Below, in pieces: positions 16,019 to 24,126 of a stretch of DNA of 24,126 nucleotides. Numbering within the stretch: the stretch's first letter is position 1; every line of letters begins with the position of its first letter. The notes under the pieces were generated by a model. It did no database searches and was not told where the DNA came from. It saw only the letters and a program-made list of their open reading frames with translations. The stretch comes from a virus (Duplodnaviria; Caudoviricetes). The position numbers and the translations under genes are program-made. The stretch spans positions 1-24,126 of the IMG/VR virus record IMGVR_UViG_3300020043_002866; one strand, written 5' to 3'.

Positions 16019-16357
16019 TTAATCTCCCAAGGCTTGCGCCAATTGTGCCACCTGATCCAGGTTTGAAGGGGCGGTTAGAACATCATCCACTTTGTCAACA
16101 TCGGTGCAGTCAGTTGCGTGGATGCAATACCAAACGCAATCGGTCAATGCCAGAACTCCATGATGCTTGCCCGCTTCAATTGTGATGCAGGCCGGAGCGT
16201 GAATGGTTGATTCTTTTTCATCCACCATAAGCTTGACCGATCCAGAGGCCAAAATTGAAAGATGGTCAAAGTGGTGAGTGTGTTGGACCAGCCAGACACC
16301 AGCGGGCATTTTTGTTTGTTTGGCATACACGCCAGAGCTAAAAAAATGCTCGATCAT
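16019..16357 (-). CDS. Cupin-fold protein
   Basis: HTHHFDHLSILASG and IEAGKHHGVLALTD match the two cupin motifs. Confidence 0.75.
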   Translation of the reverse strand: MIEHFFSSGVYAKQTKMPAGVWLVQHTHHFDHLSILASGSVKLMVDEKESTIHAPACITIEAGKHHGVLALTDCVWYCIHATDCTDVDKVDDVLTAPSNLDQVAQLAQALGD

Positions 16358-16689
16358 GTGATCTCCCGCCCACTGGCCCGAATGTTGATAGCAGAAGCGG
16401 TGCCTGCAATCGTTGAAATAAATCCGCCAGGGGCAAGCACTTGACCAACTAGCTCTGGAAAGGTGTAAACCTCTGAAGCCTGCAAGGTCTTGGACTTAGT
16501 GATCAAGTTCTGATTCCCAGCCGTGCCTGCACTTGTGACCAAGTTTACAGAAATTGTTGCCGCCGTGGCGCTGTAATTGGTGGCCGTAAACTTGTCAATG
16601 ATTGTTGTGACACCGGTTGCGGTGTATTGAGTTGTTTGTGTGTTCTCTGCGATCTTGGCAGGAATCAAAACTTTTACGGTGACAGTCAT
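16354..16689 (-). CDS. Putative virion/tail-associated protein
   Basis: 111 aa Thr-rich beta-type sequence with AAGGG SD, inside the tail block. Confidence 0.7.
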   Translation of the reverse strand: MTVTVKVLIPAKIAENTQTTQYTATGVTTIIDKFTATNYSATAATISVNLVTSAGTAGNQNLITKSKTLQASEVYTFPELVGQVLAPGGFISTIAGTASAINIRASGREIT

Positions 16690-16698
16690 GTTTTTCCC

Positions 16699-17955
16699 TT
16701 AAACGGCCCAAATTGGCAACCAATAGTCAGCACCGGAAATGGTGATTTTTGTCCATGTATTTGTTGATGCGGCGGATCCGGTTGGAAGCGTTCCTGAGAA
16801 TGTTGCAAGGTTTGTTCCGCTAGCGGTACTTGTACCAAACGGGGCTACGGCTGCAACCGTTATTGATCCAGCCCCATTCGTAATGGTAATGTTGGTGCCA
16901 GCGGTCAATGTTGCCTTTGTAAAGCCAGTGCCGTTTCCGATCAACAATTGCCCGTTAGTTGCTGATCCAAGTGAATTAGTTGCTGGAACATTTTCCCATC
17001 GTTGCTGTGTCGAGTCGTATTGCAACAAATCACCATCAGCAAGCCCACTAATTTCAACGTTAGAGTCTGTTGCACCTAAAGCAGAGCCAAACGTGGGCCG
17101 AACAAATAAAATTCCATTAGTGGATGCGTGCACCACAGAAGCCACGATAACCTTAGGATTGGGAGCGGATGGAACATTTTTTGTTAATCCTCCAGTTACC
17201 GCAGGGTTGTAATACAAAACCTGCCCATCAACCCAAGCTTCTGCCCCGCCAGTTGTGTTGACTTTATCTACCTCCCCAAACCACGTTACATAACCCCATG
17301 AGTTTGTGGCAATATCTTGGGTGGCAATTCCCATGACTTGTTCACTTTGGGTGGCAGTCAGCCCAGTCGCAGGTGCACCAAGCAGCCCGCCAGAAGCGCC
17401 GACAGTTCCATTAAACATTACAACCTGACCTTTGGTAATGTTTGAGGTGGCCTTAACTCGGTAAAAAGTTTCTTCTCCAATGTCTTGAATGACGTTTCCA
17501 CTGTCCTCCATGACCAAAGCCAACGTCTTTGACCGATCCGCGTTATCCCAATAAAGAGCCCCGTGAGCGGTTGCTCCTGTCGGCATTCCTGCTGGAGTTG
17601 TATCAAATTGCAACCAAGGAACGTTATCTTGTTGAAGCGCAGACAAGGAGCCAAGTTCTGGCCGAACTAGAGATTCAAGCGCTTCAATTTTTTTGCGTAA
17701 TTCGGCGATTTGTTCAATGACGCCTTCAGTAGAAGGTCGCAAGTTTTCTGCGGCCTTATTTACAATCGCGTTTGCTTCATCAATTGTTAAAACTGGCGGT
17801 CCTTTTTGAAGATCAACTAATGACAAATTGCTGCCATTTGTCAAACTAAAAAGTGACAAAAAGAACATGTACCATTCACGCGAAATATTGCCTGTCCTTG
17901 AGTCAATAAATGCAACTCTAGGAGGTGTGATAGGAACATTTAAAGGATTAGGCAT
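16699..17955 (-). CDS. Tail needle/fibre-like protein (P22 gp26 position)
   Basis: Follows the hub gene; coiled coil EQIAELRKKIEALES; fibre-like motifs GDLLQYDSTQQRWEN and NGQLLIGNGTGFTKATLTAGTNITITNGAGSIT. Confidence 0.65.
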   Translation of the reverse strand: MPNPLNVPITPPRVAFIDSRTGNISREWYMFFLSLFSLTNGSNLSLVDLQKGPPVLTIDEANAIVNKAAENLRPSTEGVIEQIAELRKKIEALESLVRPELGSLSALQQDNVPWLQFDTTPAGMPTGATAHGALYWDNADRSKTLALVMEDSGNVIQDIGEETFYRVKATSNITKGQVVMFNGTVGASGGLLGAPATGLTATQSEQVMGIATQDIATNSWGYVTWFGEVDKVNTTGGAEAWVDGQVLYYNPAVTGGLTKNVPSAPNPKVIVASVVHASTNGILFVRPTFGSALGATDSNVEISGLADGDLLQYDSTQQRWENVPATNSLGSATNGQLLIGNGTGFTKATLTAGTNITITNGAGSITVAAVAPFGTSTASGTNLATFSGTLPTGSAASTNTWTKITISGADYWLPIWAV

Positions 17956-19387
17956 TTGTAGGACTCAAAATAAGTTCTGCACCCACAATAGCGGTTTTTA
18001 CAGGATCAGTCATAGACAACTCGTAAACACGATCCCTAAGCTTTAAAGTCATGCCAAGGCGTCTAAAGAACACTCTTCTGTAGTGCTCTCCGATCTTTCC
18101 TATGGGTGCCGTGTGATAGTTTGACCAAGTGTGCCCACCGTCATCCGACCAGCGCAACATGACCTCGGGATTGCTTCCTTGCCCCAAGTTCAATCCAACC
18201 CCAGACTCTAGATCTATCTGGAGCGAATGCTGGGCCGTCCGACGCAAGTTGTTTTGCCCCGTTGGAAGTGCTCTCCAACTACGCAGCCACTTTTGGATCT
18301 GACCATCATCAGCGTAGGTGTTTAAGTCAAAGGCGTGAATTTTCCCGTTTTCGTAATCTCCGACAACAATTTTATTGTTGAACGCCATCTGACAATTGCT
18401 TCGATGCCTAGTGAATGAGCCGTTATTCCAGCCGGCTCTTTCGTGCCATGACCCGGTTGCCACATCGTAAACCCAAGTCGTGTTTGCACTTGGAAAGATC
18501 AGAACATAAAAGCTGTGCCCGTCTTGCTGATAGGTGTAGGCTAGTGCGTCAGACAGATTTCCATATTGCTGAATCTGCCATTCAATGGCATGAGTCGAAA
18601 TACGTTGTCCCGTATATCCGTTGGCTCGATAAACAATGCCCTGCCCACGAGCATCGGCGCCTAGCCAAAAAATTCCATTGTCCATTTTGGCAATGGTGTA
18701 GGCAGAGATGCATCCAATCTCATTGAATGCGCCTTGGATTCTTTGTAAGGGAAAATCAGTTGCGCCAGAGTTATACCAAACTTCAACGCTATTGGTTCCA
18801 AAAACCCAAACCTCTCGATGGTCGACAATTAGGCCAACAACGCCATCAGGTGATCCTTCGGCGCTAGCAAAATCAAGAGCATCAACAGATGTGCCGTCAA
18901 GGAGACTTGTGACCCAAATTCTTTGGCTATTTGGCTCGTTAAACACAAAATAACCGTCCAAATACCCAACAATCCCCGCTCCAGGGAAGTCTGGATCTAT
19001 GATTGATGAGAAAACATTAGTAGTGTTGTTGTAAATGTAGCTGGGGCCATTACAGGCTATGAACAATTGAGTCCCATTGTCCGCCATGCTGACAGGCCCA
19101 GTGCCGCTTACATTTCCAATGAGTGTCGCGGAATAACTTGTATTGATCTTGTAAAGCTTTGCGCCAGACACTACAAACGCAACATTCTTGTCAGATGAGA
19201 ACGCCCACATCCCACGTATGGGGCCATTTCCAATAGTCGCAAGATTGAGCATTCCAGGGCATCTTTGAAGATAAGCTGGCTCCTTGCCCCCTTCTGGCAC
19301 AACCTCTGGGAACAAATTGACCATTCGAGCGTCCGCAGCATTGACGCTGCGAGCCACGTAGCTTGAGCCAAGAATTGGCGTTTTCAT
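17948..19387 (-). CDS. Tail hub / packaged DNA stabilization protein (P22 gp10-like)
   Basis: About 479 aa; LDGYFVFN, DFASAEGSPD, WVYDVATGSWHER, MLRWSDDGGHTWS, GKIGE...RV.FRRLG; TGATG coupling. Confidence 0.88.
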   Translation of the reverse strand: MKTPILGSSYVARSVNAADARMVNLFPEVVPEGGKEPAYLQRCPGMLNLATIGNGPIRGMWAFSSDKNVAFVVSGAKLYKINTSYSATLIGNVSGTGPVSMADNGTQLFIACNGPSYIYNNTTNVFSSIIDPDFPGAGIVGYLDGYFVFNEPNSQRIWVTSLLDGTSVDALDFASAEGSPDGVVGLIVDHREVWVFGTNSVEVWYNSGATDFPLQRIQGAFNEIGCISAYTIAKMDNGIFWLGADARGQGIVYRANGYTGQRISTHAIEWQIQQYGNLSDALAYTYQQDGHSFYVLIFPSANTTWVYDVATGSWHERAGWNNGSFTRHRSNCQMAFNNKIVVGDYENGKIHAFDLNTYADDGQIQKWLRSWRALPTGQNNLRRTAQHSLQIDLESGVGLNLGQGSNPEVMLRWSDDGGHTWSNYHTAPIGKIGEHYRRVFFRRLGMTLKLRDRVYELSMTDPVKTAIVGAELILSPTNA

Positions 19388-20097
19388 CAATAGTTCCCGG
19401 CGTACACGTTGAACCGCTGACGGGTGGCAACCAGAGAATACGGCAAGCTCATAATATCGTCAGGATTGTTGACGCGCTTGAGGTTCCGCTTGGATGCCAT
19501 AGCGATACGTTGAACCGTTGGGGATGGCTCAACCCCAAACTCTGGAGCCATTTCGGCCGCCAAGTTGTATTTCAAGGCTCGAAGGTAACCGGGCGGCAGA
19601 TAAAGATTGGTCACAAGGTTGGCCGGCTGGGAAATTTCCTGAACCGAAACAAAATGCCACTCTAGCGCCCGAGTTGGGCGCGGATAGATGGTCATGGTGA
19701 TGTCTGGGAAGGTCATGTTCACCCACATCACTTGTGGGTAAGTAGACGTGACGGTTTTAACCGCAATCCCGTTGTACTGCTGCTGATTGATCAACTTGAC
19801 CCCGAACGAAACATTCGTTGTCGGGTCTCTAAAGTAGGTTGAATCATCAATCAGAACAGGCCGATTGCCGACGAAGTCACCCGTAGGGCCTAACGTGCGG
19901 GTGATGGTGTCGGTGGGCCAAGTAAAAACCTGATCCTGGGTGTTGTAAACCGAAAGACGCTCAATGCTCCACGAATCAATCATTTGATTCAAAGCGGAGA
20001 GAGCGTCTTGAGATACTTCAGCAGAAGGCGTTTCGCCCTCTGCAAGCATTCCGATCAGCCTGAGTGCTGAATTGATGAGGTCACCGGCGGTTGCCAT
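19387..20097 (-). CDS. Head-to-tail adaptor (P22 gp4-like)
   Basis: TAGDLINSALRLIG...EGETP...DALSALNQMIDSW and LPPGY..AL.YNLA.EMAPEFG motifs; position before the hub gene. Confidence 0.82.
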   Translation of the reverse strand: MATAGDLINSALRLIGMLAEGETPSAEVSQDALSALNQMIDSWSIERLSVYNTQDQVFTWPTDTITRTLGPTGDFVGNRPVLIDDSTYFRDPTTNVSFGVKLINQQQYNGIAVKTVTSTYPQVMWVNMTFPDITMTIYPRPTRALEWHFVSVQEISQPANLVTNLYLPPGYLRALKYNLAAEMAPEFGVEPSPTVQRIAMASKRNLKRVNNPDDIMSLPYSLVATRQRFNVYAGNY

Positions 20098-20285
20098 GCT
20101 TCGTGTTCCTTCCTGGGAGGTCTACCACGGCGTTTGATCTCCAAGGCGTTTGCCGGAGCCGCATCATCTGAGGGTTGCGTTTTTGGATTATATCGCACCC
20201 ATCCGTTTTGCTCGTCGTATTCGGCCTCTAGTTCCATTGTGGCAATTTTTGTCCCATGCCGGGGGTGTTTTAGATAGATGTTCAC
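20055..20285 (-). CDS. Small protein with AT-hook-like motif
   Basis: GTG start with GTGA overlap; KRRGRPPRK. Confidence 0.65.
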   Translation of the reverse strand: MNIYLKHPRHGTKIATMELEAEYDEQNGWVRYNPKTQPSDDAAPANALEIKRRGRPPRKEHEAWQPPVTSSIQHSG

Positions 20286-20776
20286 TTGATCCCAACTCCC
20301 ATCAAGTTATTGAACATCATGCGTTTTGTGTGAACTTCGCTAAAGATGCTCAGGCTATCAGACAAAGTTTTGGATACAAAACCGCAATGATGAGCCATGT
20401 AAGGATTGCCCTCAATCATAGACCGCATTCCATACATGAGATCCAAGCCAGTGATAGGGCCTGCTGGAGATACGTACAGAACTTCCTCTGTAGCTTCCGC
20501 GTCTTCAAGATCTGGCACGATGATGATTGCCTTGCCGCCAGTCTTTAGCACTCGGTGAAATTCAGCAATAACTTTGTGAACTTCGTGCGGATAGACATGC
20601 TCAAGAACATGGCTGCAATACACCATGTCAAACTCGCCAATATCGCCCAAGTCTGTGACACTGGCAACAATATCCGGCTCACACCCTGGGTTGGCGTCAA
20701 GGCGGACTTCTTGACAGGAGGGAAACCACTCTGGGAGTGGTTCCCGTCCACATCCGGCGTGTAGCACGCGGATCAA
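20282..20776 (-). CDS. Class I SAM-dependent methyltransferase
   Basis: VLHAGCG (motif I), VRLD, FDMVYCSHVLEH, FHRVLKTGGKAIIIVPD; likely TTG start at 20776 overlapping the upstream TGA (the track starts at 20791). Confidence 0.85.
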   Translation of the reverse strand: MIRVLHAGCGREPLPEWFPSCQEVRLDANPGCEPDIVASVTDLGDIGEFDMVYCSHVLEHVYPHEVHKVIAEFHRVLKTGGKAIIIVPDLEDAEATEEVLYVSPAGPITGLDLMYGMRSMIEGNPYMAHHCGFVSKTLSDSLSIFSEVHTKRMMFNNLMGVGIK

Positions 20777-21015
20777 GCCGAACCCTTCCACAGGCCCAGA
20801 GCCGACAGCGTGTTCATGATTTCTTGAACAGCCGCCAACTGAGTAGCGCCAAACGATGCCGAAGTGGCAAGGTTAGACGTAGCTTGCACGCTGGAAGCGC
20901 GCTGAGTAACAGGCGTTTTGCCGTAGAAGCCAACAGTACCGCCAGACTTGCCGATAACGGCTCCGTCCAGTTGTTGGTCTTCGTAAGCAACGCCAATCGC
21001 TTTGGTATTAGGCAT
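20773..21015 (-). CDS. Small putative capsid-decoration protein B
   Basis: 80 aa, GAGGG SD; C-terminal 49 aa paralogous to 21706..22014. The structural role is inferred from position. Confidence 0.65.
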   Translation of the reverse strand: MPNTKAIGVAYEDQQLDGAVIGKSGGTVGFYGKTPVTQRASSVQATSNLATSASFGATQLAAVQEIMNTLSALGLWKGSA

Positions 21016-21018
21016 TTC

Positions 21019-21699
21019 TTATCCCTCGTAAAGGTCACCGCCGGGCTGACGCCTCAGGAAATTGTGGAAATTTCCTTTGTACTCTTGCTCAGTGGTGTGA
21101 TGTGATATGTCTAGGTCAGGAATCAATACGATCTCGCCGCCGCATTCCCGCCAGTTGCGGCAGAACGCATAGTCTTCACCGTACCAAGTTCCTTTGTGAG
21201 CGCCATGATTGAACAAATCCACATAGGGATGATATTTCTCCCCGTAGATCAATTCAGGGTAGGCGGTCATGAACTTATTGACCGCCTCCTTCGTCACCTT
21301 CAAAAACCCCGCTGGGGCTGAATGCGCCAACAGGTTGCCATCGGCTCTGACCAGTGGGGTGCCATCCGTGTTAGATAGCACCGCCCCCATGTATTCCTCT
21401 TGGTCCTTCTTAAACCGATAGGTGCCGCAGACAACATCGCCCTTGGTTTCAATCAGTGTCAAAAGGTCTTGGGGCTTCCATGAAACATCATGGTCAATGA
21501 ACACAATGACATCTGCCTTTGCATCCAAAGCCTTCCTAAGCATGGTTGACCGAGCGTGTGAAATGTACGGACAACCAATTTCAGAAACCATTCCCTCCTC
21601 CCATCCCGCCGATTGAATCAACGGAATAGAAGCAGCAAGGCTATCAAGCGTCGCCTGATAGGGCTTTTTTAACGTCGGGATGCAGAAGATGACTTTCAT
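21019..21699 (-). CDS. GT-A fold glycosyltransferase
   Basis: KVIFCIPT, ISHARS, IVFIDHD (DxD), DVVCGTY, PAGFLKV, YGEDYAFC, C-terminal ISHH. Confidence 0.82.
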   Translation of the reverse strand: MKVIFCIPTLKKPYQATLDSLAASIPLIQSAGWEEGMVSEIGCPYISHARSTMLRKALDAKADVIVFIDHDVSWKPQDLLTLIETKGDVVCGTYRFKKDQEEYMGAVLSNTDGTPLVRADGNLLAHSAPAGFLKVTKEAVNKFMTAYPELIYGEKYHPYVDLFNHGAHKGTWYGEDYAFCRNWRECGGEIVLIPDLDISHHTTEQEYKGNFHNFLRRQPGGDLYEG

Positions 21700-21705
21700 G
21701 CGCTA

Positions 21706-22014
21706 TTAGGCCGTAGCCCAAACACCCAGGCCAATCAGCGTGTTTTGAATTTCTTGCAGAGCAGCCAGTTGGGTTGCGCCGAAAGAAGCCGAGGTAGCCA
21801 GGGCCGAGGTGGCGTGAACAGCAGAGCTGTAAGCACGTTGAACCACGGGGGTCTTGCCGTAGAAGCCGACTTTGGACGTTGCAGCATTGCCAACAGTCAC
21901 GCCGCCAGTGCCAGAACCAAGAGCAACAGCCTGACCAGACGCGCCAACATTCAGGGTTTCATTGACGTTGCCATCACCGGCTTGATAGCCATCACCAACT
22001 TTAGGAAGTGCCAT
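21706..22014 (-). CDS. Small putative capsid-decoration protein A
   Basis: 102 aa, Gly/Ala/Ser/Thr-rich, AAAGGA SD, first gene after the coat gene. Confidence 0.68.
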   Translation of the reverse strand: MALPKVGDGYQAGDGNVNETLNVGASGQAVALGSGTGGVTVGNAATSKVGFYGKTPVVQRAYSSAVHATSALATSASFGATQLAALQEIQNTLIGLGVWATA

Positions 22015-22040
22015 TTCAAATTCCTTTCAAATATTTAAGG

Positions 22041-22058
22041 AGGGAGCCGAAGCCCCCT
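22041..22058 (-). terminator. UUCG hairpin after the coat gene (weak terminator / mRNA stabiliser)
   Basis: - strand AGGGGGC-TTCG-GCTCCCT followed by a poor U-tract (CCTTAAATATTT). Confidence 0.6.
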
Positions 22059-22065
22059 AGGTTCA

Positions 22066-23268
22066 TCAGCCCCAGATACGGCAAGCCATTTGCGGACGAA
22101 TCACGCTGTAACCATACAGCACGTCAATCCGGCAAGGCATACGGTCGTTGTTGATGTCGTACTGACGAACAACGCGCAGGCTGATGCCGTTATGGACAGC
22201 ACGAGAAGCCATATCAACGCCTTGGGGCAGCAGCAAGTCAGCCGTGGCAAACGTGATGGCGTCTTTGTGATACACCAAGTTTTGAGCGTACTGGCTAGCA
22301 GCAGAACCCAGCATCGTGATGTCTGCATCATTGGCCGGGAATCCCGTCACGGTGGCAAGAGCGTGAGCCGAGGTGTACAGGGCGGGATAGAACTTCAGAG
22401 TGCCGCTGGAAGAAGCGGTCAGGTCTTCAGTCACCGTGAATTGCTGCAAAGAGCCAGTGGACTCACGGGTTTGAGGATTGACGGCATACACACCCTCAAT
22501 AGTGAACACGTCGCCGACCTTCCAGGTCTTGCCGGAGCCGGTGAAAGTGATGTTCAGTTGAGAAGTGCCTTGGGTCGTGGTCGTGCCATCAACTTCAATG
22601 GTCGTGCCCCAATCGCCGGTCGTGTGCTGCTTGATCGACTGAGACATATTGATCTCGTCAAAACCAAGAATGCCGGTGCCCATCATGCCATTCTTAAATT
22701 GCTTCGAAATGGTGTCGGTGGGGTTAAAGAGACCTTTCATGCCTTCCACCAAACCGGCGTTAGCGGCAGGGTTGACGGTGGCATAACGAGGGCTCATCAC
22801 GGCGGCGTTTTCGTTCAGCTTCTGTTGAGCTTGCAACAGAACCAAAGAGGTGCCAGGAGTGGTGCCAGGGGTACCAACGCTGTTGCCAATGCTCTTGTAA
22901 GCGTTTGCAACGTCAGCATCAATCGAGGCTGCAAGTTGGCTGATACGAGGCTTCAGAACGCGGTCTGCAAAGTCGTCCAACTGCATGGTCAGTTCGGCGG
23001 AGGTGAAATTCACGCCGATATGCTTTTGGTTGGAAACAGACAAAGTGGTGAATTGTTCGTTGTCGTCCTGAACTTGCAGAGCGGCACCGTCGGTCACCAA
23101 AGCGCGATCAGGCAGGCGGATGCGCAAGGTGGAGCCGATCTTTGCGCCTTCAACAGCGAAAGAGTCGTCATACTGGCGGTTGACGTTACGGGTGAGCACC
23201 AAGTTGTTCTCAAGGATTTCGAGAGCCTTCCGGGTGATCATGTCAATGGTTAACAGGCTATTTGCCAT
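22066..23268 (-). CDS. Major capsid protein, P22 coat (gp5) family
   Basis: 400 aa; MANSLLTIDMITRKALEILENNLV...KIGSTLRIRLP...RIDVLYG...RP.MACRIWG; follows the scaffold gene. Confidence 0.93.
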   Translation of the reverse strand: MANSLLTIDMITRKALEILENNLVLTRNVNRQYDDSFAVEGAKIGSTLRIRLPDRALVTDGAALQVQDDNEQFTTLSVSNQKHIGVNFTSAELTMQLDDFADRVLKPRISQLAASIDADVANAYKSIGNSVGTPGTTPGTSLVLLQAQQKLNENAAVMSPRYATVNPAANAGLVEGMKGLFNPTDTISKQFKNGMMGTGILGFDEINMSQSIKQHTTGDWGTTIEVDGTTTTQGTSQLNITFTGSGKTWKVGDVFTIEGVYAVNPQTRESTGSLQQFTVTEDLTASSSGTLKFYPALYTSAHALATVTGFPANDADITMLGSAASQYAQNLVYHKDAITFATADLLLPQGVDMASRAVHNGISLRVVRQYDINNDRMPCRIDVLYGYSVIRPQMACRIWG

Positions 23269-23285
23269 GATGAGTCCTTATAAAA

Positions 23286-24086
23286 TTAGCGGTTCATTTG
23301 TGCTTGCAACTTGCGAATCTGTCTAGCGCGTTCGGCTTCAATCCATTCAGAAGCACTCATGGTCTTCGTTGAACGAGGATCAGTCGTGTCATATGAGGGA
23401 TTTCCACTGGTCCGAGCTGTAACAGGTCTGATAGGTGCAGGCGCAGACGTTGTTTTTTTCTGTGGCGGATCAGAAGCCAATTTTGCTTCAATTTTTCCAA
23501 GCTCACGCGCTTGCAAAAGTGGAGACAAACGTGAAATACGGTCAGCCTCTTTTGGATTGCTGCCCAGCCAATAGGCCAAGTCAGGTCCAATGTCAGAAGC
23601 CTTGATTGTTTCGGCCATCACTTCCGTGACTGGGAGCTTTGGGTTGTAGGCGACTTGTTCAAAGTCGTCATACTTTCCTCGGGCTTCTTCCTCACGCTCT
23701 GCGTAGGCTTCCTCAACCTGAGCACGTTGCTTATGAACTTCTCGCTGGGCCAACAGTTCTTCAGCCTTTTTAAAAGCCAATGCCTCGGCATAAGCTTCAG
23801 GTGATTCAAACTGATCGACCGGCGGGAGTTCTTTGGGCATTGATTGCCGAGCTTGCATTTCTGCTTGCTTGGCTTGTTGCTCACGTTCCCACTTACGCTG
23901 CTCTCTTGCGAGACGTTTACCGATCATCGCATCGAGTTCAGCCTGAGTAAATCTCTTTTCCTCTGCTGTTTCGCTGCTTTGGTCAGCAACTTCCGGCGCG
24001 TTTTGTGCGTTTTCCGTGGTGGCCGTCACCTCGGGCGCTTGCGCGGATTCAACCTCCGCTAAGTTTTGCTGGACTTCTTCAGTCAT
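23286..24086 (-). CDS. Capsid scaffolding protein
   Basis: Acidic N-terminus, FTQAELDAMIGKRLAREQRK coiled coil, Pro-rich linker, basic C-terminal helix; directly upstream of the coat gene. Confidence 0.82.
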   Translation of the reverse strand: MTEEVQQNLAEVESAQAPEVTATTENAQNAPEVADQSSETAEEKRFTQAELDAMIGKRLAREQRKWEREQQAKQAEMQARQSMPKELPPVDQFESPEAYAEALAFKKAEELLAQREVHKQRAQVEEAYAEREEEARGKYDDFEQVAYNPKLPVTEVMAETIKASDIGPDLAYWLGSNPKEADRISRLSPLLQARELGKIEAKLASDPPQKKTTSAPAPIRPVTARTSGNPSYDTTDPRSTKTMSASEWIEAERARQIRKLQAQMNR

Positions 24087-24126
24087 TTTTGTTTCCGTAG
24101 AAACCCCGGTCTTCTGGACCGGTCCA

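Noticed and set aside
20282-20776. DNA methyltransferase / restriction-modification role
   Set aside because: Too short, lacks DPPY/NPPY or PC catalytic motifs, and sits in the late structural operon.
20773-20791. Programmed frameshift fusing protein B to the methyltransferase
   Set aside because: No canonical X XXY YYZ slippery heptamer; a TTG start overlapping the TGA with an upstream GGAAGGG explains the overlap.
20773-21870. Diversity-generating retroelement template/variable repeat pair
   Set aside because: Differences are mainly synonymous rather than adenine-specific, and there is no reverse transcriptase in the window.
22090-23253. 387-aa ORF antisense to the coat gene
   Set aside because: Codon-aligned shadow of a strongly biased gene; no recognisable motifs or convincing SD.
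1-24126. Prophage boundaries, att sites, tRNA genes, IS elements
   Set aside because: None recognised; the window is phage-like end to end, so lifestyle (lytic or temperate) cannot be decided.

Overview
A 24 kb segment of a tailed dsDNA phage with a P22-like (podovirus) virion module. No bacterial housekeeping genes, integrase, tRNA or CRISPR array are visible. A Gram-negative, probably proteobacterial, host is my inference. At the left end, a partial Toprim primase and a Cro-like HTH gene (- strand) diverge from a + strand early/replication operon. That operon encodes a Sak4-like AAA ATPase, a DUF669-like SSB, a Cas4-like exonuclease, a RadD/YejH-like SF2 helicase, a VRR-NUC nuclease and many small ORFs. 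It converges at about 10.7 kb on a - strand late operon: scaffold, P22-type coat, adaptor (gp4-like), hub (gp10-like), needle/fibre, cupin, three ejection proteins, holin and GH24 endolysin. The most unusual feature is a cassette directly behind the coat gene. Two small proteins sharing a Ser/Thr-rich C-terminal module alternate with a GT-A glycosyltransferase and a SAM methyltransferase, making it a candidate virion glycosylation/methylation system. All family assignments come from motif recognition and gene order, not database searches.
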